Shown piece by piece: positions 36,714 through 45,731 of a stretch of DNA of 64,000 nucleotides. This stretch comes from a virus, in IMG/VR virus record IMGVR_UViG_3300024333_000005, positions 21,242 through 85,241 of that record, one strand, 5' to 3'. Under the pieces are notes generated by a model, which had not been told where the DNA came from, ran no database searches, and saw only the letters and a program-made list of their open reading frames with translations. Made by a program: the position numbers and the translations under genes. Positions within the stretch are counted from its first letter, which is position 1; the number at the start of each line of letters is the position of its first letter.

Positions 36714-37801
36714 GCGTTCCCTCGCACGCTCGGGCCCGGCGCCTGGGTGCCGCCCTGGCCCGGGGGGTAGCCGGCTGCGATGCCCATATCGCGGCGGCTG
36801 CTCCCCGGGCCCGGGGCGTCCTCCCCTCCGGCTGCGACGCGCTCGACGCGGCGCTGGGAGTCGGGGGCTACCCGGAGGGCCGCCTGACGGTCCTGCATGG
36901 CCCGGAAGCCTGCGGCAAGTCCACCCTCGCCCTGCACGCGGCGGCCGAGTGCCAGCGGGCCGGCGGGGTGGTCCTCTACCTCGACTTCGAGCACAAGCTC
37001 GACGAGCCCTACGCGGCCGCCCTGGGCGTTGACCTGGGGGCCCTGGTGGTCGCGACGCCGCCCCATATCGAGCGGGCCTTCGCTCTCCTGGAGCAGGCGT
37101 GCGCCAAGCTGGCGGAGGGCGACGGCGAGCCAACGCCGGTGCTCCTGGTCTGGGACTCGCTCCACGCGGCCGTGGGCCGCCGGACCTTCGAGGCGGACTG
37201 GGAGAAGGAGCACTTCTCCCCGGAGGCCCGGGCCTACTCCCTGGGCCTGGCCCGCTTCGTCCCCACCCTTTCCCGGACTCGGGCAGTTCTGCTCGCCATC
37301 TCCCAGGTCCGCATGAAGCTCGACGGCTACATGCCGGCCGAGAAGGTCGGGGTCGGCCGGGCGCCCCTGTTCTACGCTTCGGTGATCGTGAAGCTGCGGG
37401 CCAAGCGGGCCCGGGGCACGGTGCGCCGGGAGGGCGAGCTGGTCGAGGCGGTGGTGGTCAAGAACCAGGTCGCGCCGCCCTACCGGGTGGTGAACTTCCC
37501 GATGGTCTACGGCCGGGGCGTCGACGGCCCCGGCGCGGTCCTGGAGGCGGCTCGTCTGACCGGGCTGGCCGTGCCGGCCAAGGCGGCCGGCTGGTGGGAC
37601 CTGGCCTTCGACGGTGAGTCGGTCAGGGTCCAGGGCGCCGGCGGCGTGGGCCGGATGGCCGAGCGGGAGCCCGAGTCCTACGCCCGGCTGCGGGCGGCGA
37701 TCCGGGCCGCCAGCTTGGGGCCGACGCTGCCGGCTCCCGCCGAGCCCTCCCCCGCCGGGGGAGAGGGCGACGCCGACGACGCGGGCGGCGCCGATGGCTG
37801 A
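36710..37801 (+). CDS. recA: RecA-like recombinase
   Basis: 'LD.ALGVGGYP.GR', 'GPEACGKST', 'D.EH.LD..YA..LGVD', 'DS', 'SQVR', 'FYASV', 'VKNQVAPP'. Confidence 0.95.
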   Translation: MSVPSHARARRLGAALARGVAGCDAHIAAAAPRARGVLPSGCDALDAALGVGGYPEGRLTVLHGPEACGKSTLALHAAAECQRAGGVVLYLDFEHKLDEPYAAALGVDLGALVVATPPHIERAFALLEQACAKLAEGDGEPTPVLLVWDSLHAAVGRRTFEADWEKEHFSPEARAYSLGLARFVPTLSRTRAVLLAISQVRMKLDGYMPAEKVGVGRAPLFYASVIVKLRAKRARGTVRREGELVEAVVVKNQVAPPYRVVNFPMVYGRGVDGPGAVLEAARLTGLAVPAKAAGWWDLAFDGESVRVQGAGGVGRMAEREPESYARLRAAIRAASLGPTLPAPAEPSPAGGEGDADDAGGADG

Positions 37802-38606
37802 CCCTGCCCGCCGGCCCCAGGCTGCCCCAGGACGCACGGAAGGAGGCCCCCCCTCCCCCGGGGGCGGCCTCTGCCCTCCCGTGCCCCCTGGTGGCGTCCA
37901 GGGGCCGTTTCGGGCCGTCGGGTGGGACCAGAGCCCGACCCATGCCGGGGTGGTGTGCCTGACCCACGAGGGCCGCCTGGCGGCCCTGTATGCCGCCTGC
38001 TCGGAGGTCCGCCACGCCAAGGCCGCTGGCCTGGCCGGCGCCGAGGCGCTGCCCCTGGCGGTCCGCGGCTGCCGGTACGCCCCCCTGCGGGAGGCCCGGC
38101 GGCTAGCCTGGTGGCGGGACTGGATCGACGGCCGGCTGGCGGACCTGGCTGACCCTCCCGCGGGCGGCCCGGTCTTCGTCGCTGTGGAGGACTACGCCTA
38201 CCGCCAGGGGCTCTACGCCCACCAGATCGGCGAGGTCGCGGGACTGCTCCGCCGTCTGCTCTGGGAGCGGGCGGTGCCGTTCCGGGCCATCGACCCGATG
38301 GCGCTCAAGCTAGCCAGCGGGGCGGCGGCCGGGGCGGTGGCCGAGAAGGTCGAGGTGGTGGCCGGGGTGGCGGCGACCTGGGGCGTGGACTTCGCCCGGT
38401 ATGGGGAGCAGGCGGCGGCCGACCTGGCCGACGCCTACGTGCTCGCCCGCCTGGCCCTGGCCGAGCAGCTTGTCGCTCGGGGCCTGGTTGGGCTCGATGC
38501 GCTCTCCGCCGGGGAGCGGCGGGTCTTCCTGCGCACCACTCGGGCCCGGCCCCTGAACCTCCTGTCGACGCCCCTGCTCTGCCCCTCCGCGGAGGACCCG
38601 CGGTGA
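37794..38606 (+). CDS. RuvC-like Holliday junction resolvase
   Basis: 'GWDQS.T.AG', 'VEDYAY', 'GEVAG', 'P..LK', 'DLADA'; start uncertain because of a Pro-rich N-terminal repeat. Confidence 0.82.
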   Translation: MADPARRPQAAPGRTEGGPPSPGGGLCPPVPPGGVQGPFRAVGWDQSPTHAGVVCLTHEGRLAALYAACSEVRHAKAAGLAGAEALPLAVRGCRYAPLREARRLAWWRDWIDGRLADLADPPAGGPVFVAVEDYAYRQGLYAHQIGEVAGLLRRLLWERAVPFRAIDPMALKLASGAAAGAVAEKVEVVAGVAATWGVDFARYGEQAAADLADAYVLARLALAEQLVARGLVGLDALSAGERRVFLRTTRARPLNLLSTPLLCPSAEDPR

Positions 38607-39283
38607 GCCTCGCCGCCCTGCGGGCCGACTGGTCCGCCTGCACCCGCTGCCGGCTGGCCGAGGGCCGGCGCTCGGTGGTCTACGGCGAGCCCTACCAGGC
38701 GGCGCCGGGAGAGGGCGACCCGCTGGTCCTGGTGATCGGCGAGGCCCCCGGCGAGCGGGAGGACCAGTCCGGGCGCCCCTTCGTCGGCCCGGCCGGCGAG
38801 GTCTTGCGGGGGTTGCTCCGGGAAGCCGGCTGCCGGTTCGCCTTCATCACCAACCTGCTCGCCTGCCGGCCGCCGGGCAACCGGGACCCCCGGGCCGACG
38901 AGATTGAAGCCTGCCGCCCCCGGCTGCTCGCCCTGATCGAGGCCCTGGCTCCGGCCGGTGTGCTCCTGGTCGGCCGAGTAGCCGAGGGCCAGCGGGAGGC
39001 CCTGGCCCTGGGTGCTCGGCCGGTGGCCGCGGTGGTCCACCCGGCCTGGCTTCTGCGCAAGGGCTACCCCGGGAAGGCCACCGAGGCGACCTGGCGCCTC
39101 CAGGTTGGGCGTCTGCGGCGCCTCCTGGCGCAGGCGGGGGCCCCGGAGGTCCCGCCCCCCTCCGACGCCGCCGCCTGTCGGCATCGCTACGTCGAGGCGG
39201 GAGCCTGGGTAGGCGAGCGAGGTCGACGGCCGCTGCGGCTCTGTGCCGAGTGCGGCCTGTTGGAGGCGGCATGCGCGAGATGA
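38603..39283 (+). CDS. Uracil-DNA glycosylase family 4 (Fe-S)
   Basis: 'CTRC.L', 'GEAPG..ED..GRPFVG.AG', 'TN..CRPP.NR.P', 'HPA'. Confidence 0.95.
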   Translation: MSLAALRADWSACTRCRLAEGRRSVVYGEPYQAAPGEGDPLVLVIGEAPGEREDQSGRPFVGPAGEVLRGLLREAGCRFAFITNLLACRPPGNRDPRADEIEACRPRLLALIEALAPAGVLLVGRVAEGQREALALGARPVAAVVHPAWLLRKGYPGKATEATWRLQVGRLRRLLAQAGAPEVPPPSDAAACRHRYVEAGAWVGERGRRPLRLCAECGLLEAACAR

Positions 39284-40416
39284 CCGTGGCGGCCCTGGGC
39301 GACCTGCACCTGTGCGAGGACCGGCTCGCCGAGCAAGCGCCAGTCCTGGCCTGGATCGCCAAGGGCATCGAGGCGGCCCGGCCGGACCTGATCTTCGTGG
39401 CCGGCGACCTGTCGGGACGCACCGTCCCGCACCGGGCGACTCCCGCCGAGCGCAACGCCCTGGTGAGCTTCCTGGTCGGGCTGCCGGCGGTTCCGCGGAT
39501 AGTGGTCCGGGGCAACCACGACACCCCTGGCGACTGGGAGTTCCTGAACCGGCTCCCCGATTGCTACTACGCCGAGTCGCCGGTCTACCTCCCCTTCGCC
39601 TCGACCGTCGCCCTGCCCTGGGTGGACCGGGTTCGGGGCGAGGACCACGCCGACCTGGTGCAGCATCGCTACACCGCGGCGCTCGACGAGGCGCTGGCGG
39701 TCTCGGCTTGGAAGGCCCGCCCCCTGGTCCTGGGCCACGCGGCCCTGGTCGGGGCGAAGGTCTCCGCGTCCTGGTCGGGGCCGACCGCCGACCCAATGAT
39801 CCCCGTGGGCCTGCTCCCGACCTGCATCGCCGCCTTCGGGCACTACCACCTGCCGCAGCGGCTTCCGGCCTCGCGGTCCGGCTCCCAGGCGTTTTACGTC
39901 GGGAGCCCCTTCGTCTGGCACTACGGCGAGCCCTGCACCGGCCGGGGATGGCTGCTCCTGCACCGGCGGGCCGACGGGGAGTGGACCGGCGCGATGATGG
40001 GCGCCCCAGTGGACCTGTGGGTGCCCCGGGTGCTGCTCCGGGTGCGGGGCGGCAAGGTGGTGGCGTCGGCGGGGACGCCGGCCGGGCTTGACCTGATCGG
40101 CGACGACCCTGGCCGCCTGCCCCCGGGGCTGGGCCACGTGCGACTGGTGGTGGAAGCCGAGGACGAGGCGGCCGCCGAGCGGGCGGCCGCCCTCTGGCGC
40201 CCGGCCCTGGCCGAGGTGGCCCGCACGGTCCAGGTCGTCGCCAAGGTGCCCCGGGCGGCGACGGTACGGGCAGGGGCGGAGGCGGTGGCCGCGGCGCCCT
40301 CCCTGGGCGAGAAGATGAGCCGCTTCTGGGACGGACTGGACCCCCCGCCGTCCCGCAAGAACCGCGAGCGGGCGACCGACCTGCTCGCCGAGCTGGCGAA
40401 GGAGGCAGAGGCATGA
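39271..40416 (+). CDS. sbcD: SbcD/Mre11-like metallophosphoesterase nuclease
   Basis: 'GDLH', 'AGDL', 'GNHD', 'GH', 'GHYH.PQ', 'YVGS'. Confidence 0.9.
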   Translation: MREMTVAALGDLHLCEDRLAEQAPVLAWIAKGIEAARPDLIFVAGDLSGRTVPHRATPAERNALVSFLVGLPAVPRIVVRGNHDTPGDWEFLNRLPDCYYAESPVYLPFASTVALPWVDRVRGEDHADLVQHRYTAALDEALAVSAWKARPLVLGHAALVGAKVSASWSGPTADPMIPVGLLPTCIAAFGHYHLPQRLPASRSGSQAFYVGSPFVWHYGEPCTGRGWLLLHRRADGEWTGAMMGAPVDLWVPRVLLRVRGGKVVASAGTPAGLDLIGDDPGRLPPGLGHVRLVVEAEDEAAAERAAALWRPALAEVARTVQVVAKVPRAATVRAGAEAVAAAPSLGEKMSRFWDGLDPPPSRKNRERATDLLAELAKEAEA

Positions 40417-40802
40417 GCACGACCGCAAGCGGAACCATCACCAAGGCCGGGAAGAGGGGCCGGGCCGACTACTCGGAGAAGCCCTCCGAGTCGGTGCCGG
40501 TGGCGACGCCCGCCGCCGCGGCGCCGGGGCCGACCACGGCCGCCCTGGCCCGGGTCCGGTACGCCCAGGGCGTGACCCTGAACCTGGGGAACTACGAGTC
40601 GCAGCGCATCGACGTGGAGCTGGCGGTCCCCTGCCGCCCCGGCATCGACGCCATCGAGGCGGCCTACGCCTTCGCCCAGGAGTGGGTCGACGGCAAGCTG
40701 GCCGAGGAAGTCGAGGCGGCCCGGGGCGGCGGGAAGGAGAAGGCGACCGAGAAGGACGGGGCCGACAAGGGCGGCAAGGACGACGAGGACATCCCCTTCT
40801 GA
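40413..40802 (+). CDS. Phage protein ('TLNLGNYES.RIDV' family) ending in the SSB-like tail DDEDIPF
   Basis: Coupled ORF between sbcD and sbcC; C-terminal DDEDIPF. Confidence 0.8.
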   Translation: MSTTASGTITKAGKRGRADYSEKPSESVPVATPAAAAPGPTTAALARVRYAQGVTLNLGNYESQRIDVELAVPCRPGIDAIEAAYAFAQEWVDGKLAEEVEAARGGGKEKATEKDGADKGGKDDEDIPF

Positions 40803-42838
40803 TGCGCCTCGAACGCTTGCGGCTGGCGGGCCTGACCCGGTACCGGAAGCCGGTGGAGCTGGACCTGGGCTCCCTCGGCCCGGGCCTGGTCGCTTTTGCC
40901 GGCCCGAACGGGGCCGGCAAGACCACCCTCCTGGAGTGCTGTGGTCCGGGGTGGCTGTACCGGGAGCTTCCCACCCGGGACCCGCCCCTGCTCCAGCACT
41001 GGGCGGGCCCCGGCGGGGCCCGCCTGGAGGTCGAGGCTCTGGTCGGAGGGGCGATCTGGAAGGCCGAGGTCCTGGTCGACCGGCCCGGAGCCTCGCCGAC
41101 TGCGGCCCTGGAGGTCGCGGGCCGGACCGTGGCCAGCAAGGCCAAGGAGTACGACGCCTACGTGCGGGAGCGGCTGGGGCCGCTCCCGGCCTTCCTGGCC
41201 TCGTCCTTCGCTGCCCAGGGCGGCCGCGGGCGCTTCGCCGCGCTCTCGGTGGCCGACCGCAAGAGCCTCTTCCGCTACTACCTGGACCTGGGCCGGCTCG
41301 ACGGTCTGCTCGCCCGGGTGCGGGGGCGAGCGGCCGAGTGCGACCGGGCGGGGAAGGAGGCGGCGGATCTGCGGGAGGCCCTGGTCGACACCTGGCGCCG
41401 GGAGCGGCCGGCCGCTCACGATGCCCTCCGAGCGGCCGAGGCCGCGGCGGAGGCGGCCCGCCCGGCCCTGGCCGCGGCCTCTGCCCGCCACGACCGAGTA
41501 CGAGAGCTGGTCGCCCTGCGGGAGCTGGCCGGGGCCTACGAGCGAGCCCTGAACGAGGCGGCCGCGGCCGCGGACCGGCTGGCCGAGCTGGAGGAAGCCC
41601 CGCTCGCTCCGTACCCGGAGGAACCGTGCCCGGACGTGGGCGCGGCCCGCCGAGCGCTAGACGAGGCCCGGGCTGCGGCCGAGCGGCTGGCCGCGGCGAA
41701 CGCGGCCGCGAACGAGGCGCGCATCCGGGCCCGCCACACCGCCGACATGGTCGCCGCAGCCAGGGAGGTAGCGAAGCTCCTGGGGGAAGTTCCCTGCGAG
41801 GGCGAGGGGGTCGGGGCCGACTGCCGGCTGCTCGGCAACGCCCGGACCTCGGCCGCCGCTCTGCCGGGCTTCCGGGAGGAGGCCGCGGCGGCGGGGGAAG
41901 CCCTGCGCCGCGCCCGGGCGGCCCAGGGGGCCGCGGCCGAAGCCTGCCCGGACGACCGGGTCGCCGCCGCGCAAGCGGCCCTGCGGGCGGTCGAGGCGGC
42001 TGCCGCCGAGTGGAGTAAGGCAGTGAGCCGGGCCGACCTGTCCAAGGCGGCCCTGGGGCACGCCCGGACCCGGGCCGCAGAGGCCGCGGCCCGAGCCCGG
42101 GAGCTGCGGGCCCGGCTGCCGGCGAAGCTGCCGGAAGACCTCCCGACCGGGGAGGACGCCCGCCATGCCGCCGAGGCCGAGAAGGCGGCCCGGGCGGCCG
42201 TGGAACGGACGACCCGGGAGGTGGCCGAGGCGGCCGGCCACTGGCGGGCTCTGGAGGACCGCTTGGCCGACCTGAAGCGCAAGCTGCGGGCGGCCCGCTC
42301 TACCTCGCGGGACTGGCCGGCCCTGAAGCTCCTGGAGCAAGCGCTCGGCCCCGGCGGGGTGCAGGCGCTCGAAGTGGCCGCGGCTGGCCCTTGCCTCTCC
42401 GCCACCGCCACCGACCTGCTCTCGGTCTGCACCGGCGACCGCTTCGCCGTGGAGGTCCGCACCACCCGGGAGCTGCGCTCGCGTGAGGGGCTGGCCGAGG
42501 ACTTCGAGGTGGTCGCCTACGACACGGTGCGGGGCGGCTGCCGCCCGACCGCCGCCCTCTCCGGCGGCGAGCAAGTCCTGGTCGACGAGGCGGTCCGGCT
42601 GGCCCTGGGCCTGCTCGCCGCCGAGCGAACCCGAGTGCCCTGCGAGACCCTGTTCCGGGACGAGACGGTGGGCGCCCTGGACGCCGATTACGCGGCGGCC
42701 TACGTGGCGATGCTCCGGCGAGCCCGAGAGCGGGGCGGCTACCATCAAGTCCTGTTCGTGACCCACGACGAGCGGGTGGCCGGCCTGGCCGACGCCCTGG
42801 TCCGGGTGGACGAGGACGGGAGCGTGCGAGTCGCATGA
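40802..42838 (+). CDS. sbcC: SbcC/Rad50-like ATPase
   Basis: 'GPNGAGKT', Q-loop, coiled coil, 'LSGGE', 'LFRDE..GALD', 'FVTH'. Confidence 0.92.
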   Translation: MRLERLRLAGLTRYRKPVELDLGSLGPGLVAFAGPNGAGKTTLLECCGPGWLYRELPTRDPPLLQHWAGPGGARLEVEALVGGAIWKAEVLVDRPGASPTAALEVAGRTVASKAKEYDAYVRERLGPLPAFLASSFAAQGGRGRFAALSVADRKSLFRYYLDLGRLDGLLARVRGRAAECDRAGKEAADLREALVDTWRRERPAAHDALRAAEAAAEAARPALAAASARHDRVRELVALRELAGAYERALNEAAAAADRLAELEEAPLAPYPEEPCPDVGAARRALDEARAAAERLAAANAAANEARIRARHTADMVAAAREVAKLLGEVPCEGEGVGADCRLLGNARTSAAALPGFREEAAAAGEALRRARAAQGAAAEACPDDRVAAAQAALRAVEAAAAEWSKAVSRADLSKAALGHARTRAAEAAARARELRARLPAKLPEDLPTGEDARHAAEAEKAARAAVERTTREVAEAAGHWRALEDRLADLKRKLRAARSTSRDWPALKLLEQALGPGGVQALEVAAAGPCLSATATDLLSVCTGDRFAVEVRTTRELRSREGLAEDFEVVAYDTVRGGCRPTAALSGGEQVLVDEAVRLALGLLAAERTRVPCETLFRDETVGALDADYAAAYVAMLRRARERGGYHQVLFVTHDERVAGLADALVRVDEDGSVRVA

Positions 42839-43737
42839 GCCGGGCCGAGCCCGAGCGGCCCTTCGGCTCGGCCGAAGACCTGCGCCGCTTCCAGCGGCAG
42901 CACTTCCTTCTGCCCTCCGGCCGTATGGACCGGGCCACCGTCCGGGCGCTGGAGGAGCTGGCCGAGGGGGGCCGGATGGCCTCCGCCGACCGGCCGATAT
43001 ATTGGGCCCGCGCCCACCTGGGCACGCCTCGGCCCGCGCCTACCCAGGCGGAGATCGCCCGTCTCGCCCCCTTCCGGGGGCGCCTGCTCTGCCTGCCGCG
43101 CCCGCCCGCCGGCGACCGGCTGGCCGCGGCCCTGGAGGCCCTGGCGCCGGAGGCGGTCGCCCTGCCCGACCCCGCGGCGCTGCCACCGGGCCCAACCCCC
43201 CTGCTCCTGGGCTCCCTGCCGCTGGAGCGGCCCTGGGAGGAAGCCCGGCGGCTGGCTGACCGGCTGGCGAACGCTCGGGGGCTGGTCCTGCGAACGCCTC
43301 CCGAGGCGTGGTCCCGGCTGGTCGCCGAGCCCGATCTGCTCCGGGACTTCGCCGCGGCCCTGGCGGCCCGGATCTCGCTGCCCTGGGCGCCGCTGGCTCT
43401 GGCCTCCCGCCGCCGATTCTCCGTGGCGGCTCGCCAAGCGTGGCCGGCCTGGGCGGGCTGCGAGGCGGTCCTGCCTCTCGTCCCCGGGCTCTACCCCATC
43501 GCCCCGGAGGCGTCGACCGGCCGGGCCGTTGCCGAGTGGACTACCGCGACGAAGCTCCGGTGCTGGCGGATAGCGCCGGTCTGGGATGAGCCCCGGCCGG
43601 CCCTGATCCGCCGCTACCGGCGCTGGATGCACTCCCGGGGCTACCCGGGCTGGGGCTGGTACGGAGAGCCAACCCCCGAAGTGGTGGCGGCCTTCGCCGC
43701 CCCCCTGGACGACGCGCCCATCCTCGACTTCGACTAG
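42835..43737 (+). CDS. Protein with N-terminal peptidoglycan-binding-like motif
   Basis: 'LRRFQRQH.L..SG..D.AT.RAL' matches the PG_binding_1 pattern. Confidence 0.55.
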   Translation: MSRAEPERPFGSAEDLRRFQRQHFLLPSGRMDRATVRALEELAEGGRMASADRPIYWARAHLGTPRPAPTQAEIARLAPFRGRLLCLPRPPAGDRLAAALEALAPEAVALPDPAALPPGPTPLLLGSLPLERPWEEARRLADRLANARGLVLRTPPEAWSRLVAEPDLLRDFAAALAARISLPWAPLALASRRRFSVAARQAWPAWAGCEAVLPLVPGLYPIAPEASTGRAVAEWTTATKLRCWRIAPVWDEPRPALIRRYRRWMHSRGYPGWGWYGEPTPEVVAAFAAPLDDAPILDFD

Positions 43738-43746
43738 GAGATCCCC

Positions 43747-43974
43747 ATGTCCGAGCAACGCGACCCCTTCCGCCGCCTGGCCGAGCTGCGCCGCTGCAAG
43801 GTCCACCTGGAGACGCTCGACGGCGTCGTTCGGCGGGGCGTGCTGACCCGCATCCTGGTCCGGCCGATCAGCATCGCCGGCGCCGACTGCGAGTGGCCGG
43901 TGGGCCTGGTCCTGGGGCAGGAGGAGTCGGACGCGGTGCCGCTCGACCGGGTGGCCCGGATTCAGCGGGTCTAG
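43747..43974 (+). CDS. Small beta-rich protein (Sm/LSm-like?)
   Basis: AGGAG RBS; 'KVHLETLDG...RG.L...VPL..V.RI'. Confidence 0.5.
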   Translation: MSEQRDPFRRLAELRRCKVHLETLDGVVRRGVLTRILVRPISIAGADCEWPVGLVLGQEESDAVPLDRVARIQRV

Positions 43975-43975
43975 C

Positions 43976-44413
43976 GTGCCGAGCCGGCCCCTGGGCGACC
44001 TCCCGGGGCAGACGTTCACGATCACGATCCCCGGCGCGCCTACAGCTTCGGCTACCTGCCCGGCCTGCCGGCACGCCTTCGAGACGCCAAGCCGGCCGGC
44101 CCGGGTGAACGTCACCATCAACCGCGGCCTGAACGGGACCCTGCAAGAGACCTTCGTCGAAGGTGCTTCGCCGGCCGCCTGCGGTACCGTCAACGCCCTC
44201 TGCCGGGTGCTCTCCTGCGCCCTCCAAGCGGGGGTCCCGGTCGAGGATCTGGCCCGGATGATGCGCGGCCAGGCTGACGGCGGGTCCCCGGTGCCCTGGC
44301 CGGGCGGGGGCCTGGTGGTGTCCTTGCCCGATGCCCTGGCGCGGCTCCTGGAGGCTACCGCCAAGGCAGACCCGGACAAGCCGGTAGGACTGGGAGATGC
44401 CTCGCAGCCCTAA
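43976..44413 (+). CDS. Stand-alone TSCPD-domain protein (NrdJ C-terminal-like)
   Basis: 'VTIN......E.F', 'AL.R.LS.ALQ.GVP.E.L...MRG', 'SLPDALAR.L'. Confidence 0.75.
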   Translation: MPSRPLGDLPGQTFTITIPGAPTASATCPACRHAFETPSRPARVNVTINRGLNGTLQETFVEGASPAACGTVNALCRVLSCALQAGVPVEDLARMMRGQADGGSPVPWPGGGLVVSLPDALARLLEATAKADPDKPVGLGDASQP

Positions 44414-44723
44414 CGACCGTTCTGCCGATCTGCGCCGCCGGCGCATCGCGGCCGGGCTCTGCCCCCGGTGTGGCGCCGAGCCGGTGCCTGGCCGGCGCCA
44501 GTGCGCCCGCTGCCTGGCCGACGCCTCCCGGCGCTCGGCCGTTTCGGCCCGCCGGATCAGGGCCGACCGGCGGGCTCGCGGGGTCTGCTACGACTGCGGC
44601 CGGGCGGCGGCCGAGTGCCAGGCGGGGAACCTGCGCTGCGAAGCCTGCCGCGCCCGCCTGCGCCCCATCAACCGCGCCCGACAGGCCCACCGGCGGGAGC
44701 AGGCTCGGGAGGCCGGCCAGTGA
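44397..44723 (+). CDS. Arg-rich protein with tandem Cys4 zinc fingers
   Basis: 'RR.AAGLCPRCG...CARC' and 'RRARGVCYDCG...CEAC'. Confidence 0.7.
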   Translation: MPRSPNDRSADLRRRRIAAGLCPRCGAEPVPGRRQCARCLADASRRSAVSARRIRADRRARGVCYDCGRAAAECQAGNLRCEACRARLRPINRARQAHRREQAREAGQ

Positions 44724-44929
44724 CCCTCGGCGGCATCAACCCGCCCTCGTCCCTGTACGTGGTGGCCTGCCCGGACGGGGTGACGAGCCCCTATGCCTAC
44801 CTGGAGGCCGGGCCGGCCCTGGCCGAGGCGGACCGCCGGAACGGGCCGGGCGTCTGCCCCGGCTGCCGGGGGCCGCATCGGGTGGTCCGCTACCGGCCCG
44901 AGGTCCTGGTCCCGAAGGCCGGCGCCTGA
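44720..44929 (+). CDS. Small hypothetical protein
   Basis: GTGA-coupled ORF with CPGC..H. Confidence 0.5.
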   Translation: MTLGGINPPSSLYVVACPDGVTSPYAYLEAGPALAEADRRNGPGVCPGCRGPHRVVRYRPEVLVPKAGA

Positions 44930-44930
44930 C

Positions 44931-45731
44931 GTGCCCGCCGCCGGCCCCAGGCTGCCCCAGGACCGAGGGAAGGCCGCGGCCGGCCCTCCCGCCCCTCCTC
45001 TGGGGCCCCCGAGCCCTGGCGGGTCGTCCCGGCCTGGCAACGGCAGTCCTCGCCCTCATCCCTCGCCCTGGAGCCCGCGCCTGATCCCCGAGCTGCGCCT
45101 GCTCCTGCCGCGGGGCCTGGTGGTGGACCCCTTCGGTGGCGTGGGCCGCCTGGGCTTGCTTGGCGCCGCCTGGCGGGTCCTGGCTGGCGACCTGGAGCCG
45201 GAGTGGGCAGCGCAGGCGCCGCGCCACGGGGCTCGCGGCTTCGTCTGGGACGCCCGAGCCCTCCCCTTCGCCGACGCCTCTCTCCCCTGCATCGCCACCT
45301 CCCCCGCCTTCGGCAACCGGCTCGCCGACGCCTATCTGCCGCCCGACTACGGCCGGGGCGACGAGCGCCGCTCCCACGCGTCCCGGCGGACCTACTCCCT
45401 GGCCCTGGGCCGGCCGCTCACCCTTGGCTCCGGCGCCGGCCTCCCCTGGGGCGAGCCCTACCGGCAGCTCCACTGGGAAGCCCTGCACGAGTTCTGCCGG
45501 GTCCTGCGCCCGGGCGGCCTGCTGGTGGTCAACGTGAAGGACCACGTCCGGGCAGGGCGCCGCCGGAAGGTCTGCGCCTGGTGGGCGAAGGCCATTGCCG
45601 CGGCCGGCTTCGAGGTCGTGGAACGGCGCCGCCTCCCCGCCCGGGGCGACCAGAACCTCGCTCGGGCCCGGGCCCAGGGCCGGGAGGTGGTCGAGGACGA
45701 GGAGCTGATCGTGGCTCGGAGGAAGGGATGA
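44931..45731 (+). CDS. DNA amino-methyltransferase-like protein
   Basis: Motif I 'VDPFGGVG', 'GDLE', 'DA..LPF', motif IV variant 'TSPAF', 'RVLRPGG', 'NVKD'; start uncertain. Confidence 0.8.
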   Translation: MPAAGPRLPQDRGKAAAGPPAPPLGPPSPGGSSRPGNGSPRPHPSPWSPRLIPELRLLLPRGLVVDPFGGVGRLGLLGAAWRVLAGDLEPEWAAQAPRHGARGFVWDARALPFADASLPCIATSPAFGNRLADAYLPPDYGRGDERRSHASRRTYSLALGRPLTLGSGAGLPWGEPYRQLHWEALHEFCRVLRPGGLLVVNVKDHVRAGRRRKVCAWWAKAIAAAGFEVVERRRLPARGDQNLARARAQGREVVEDEELIVARRKG

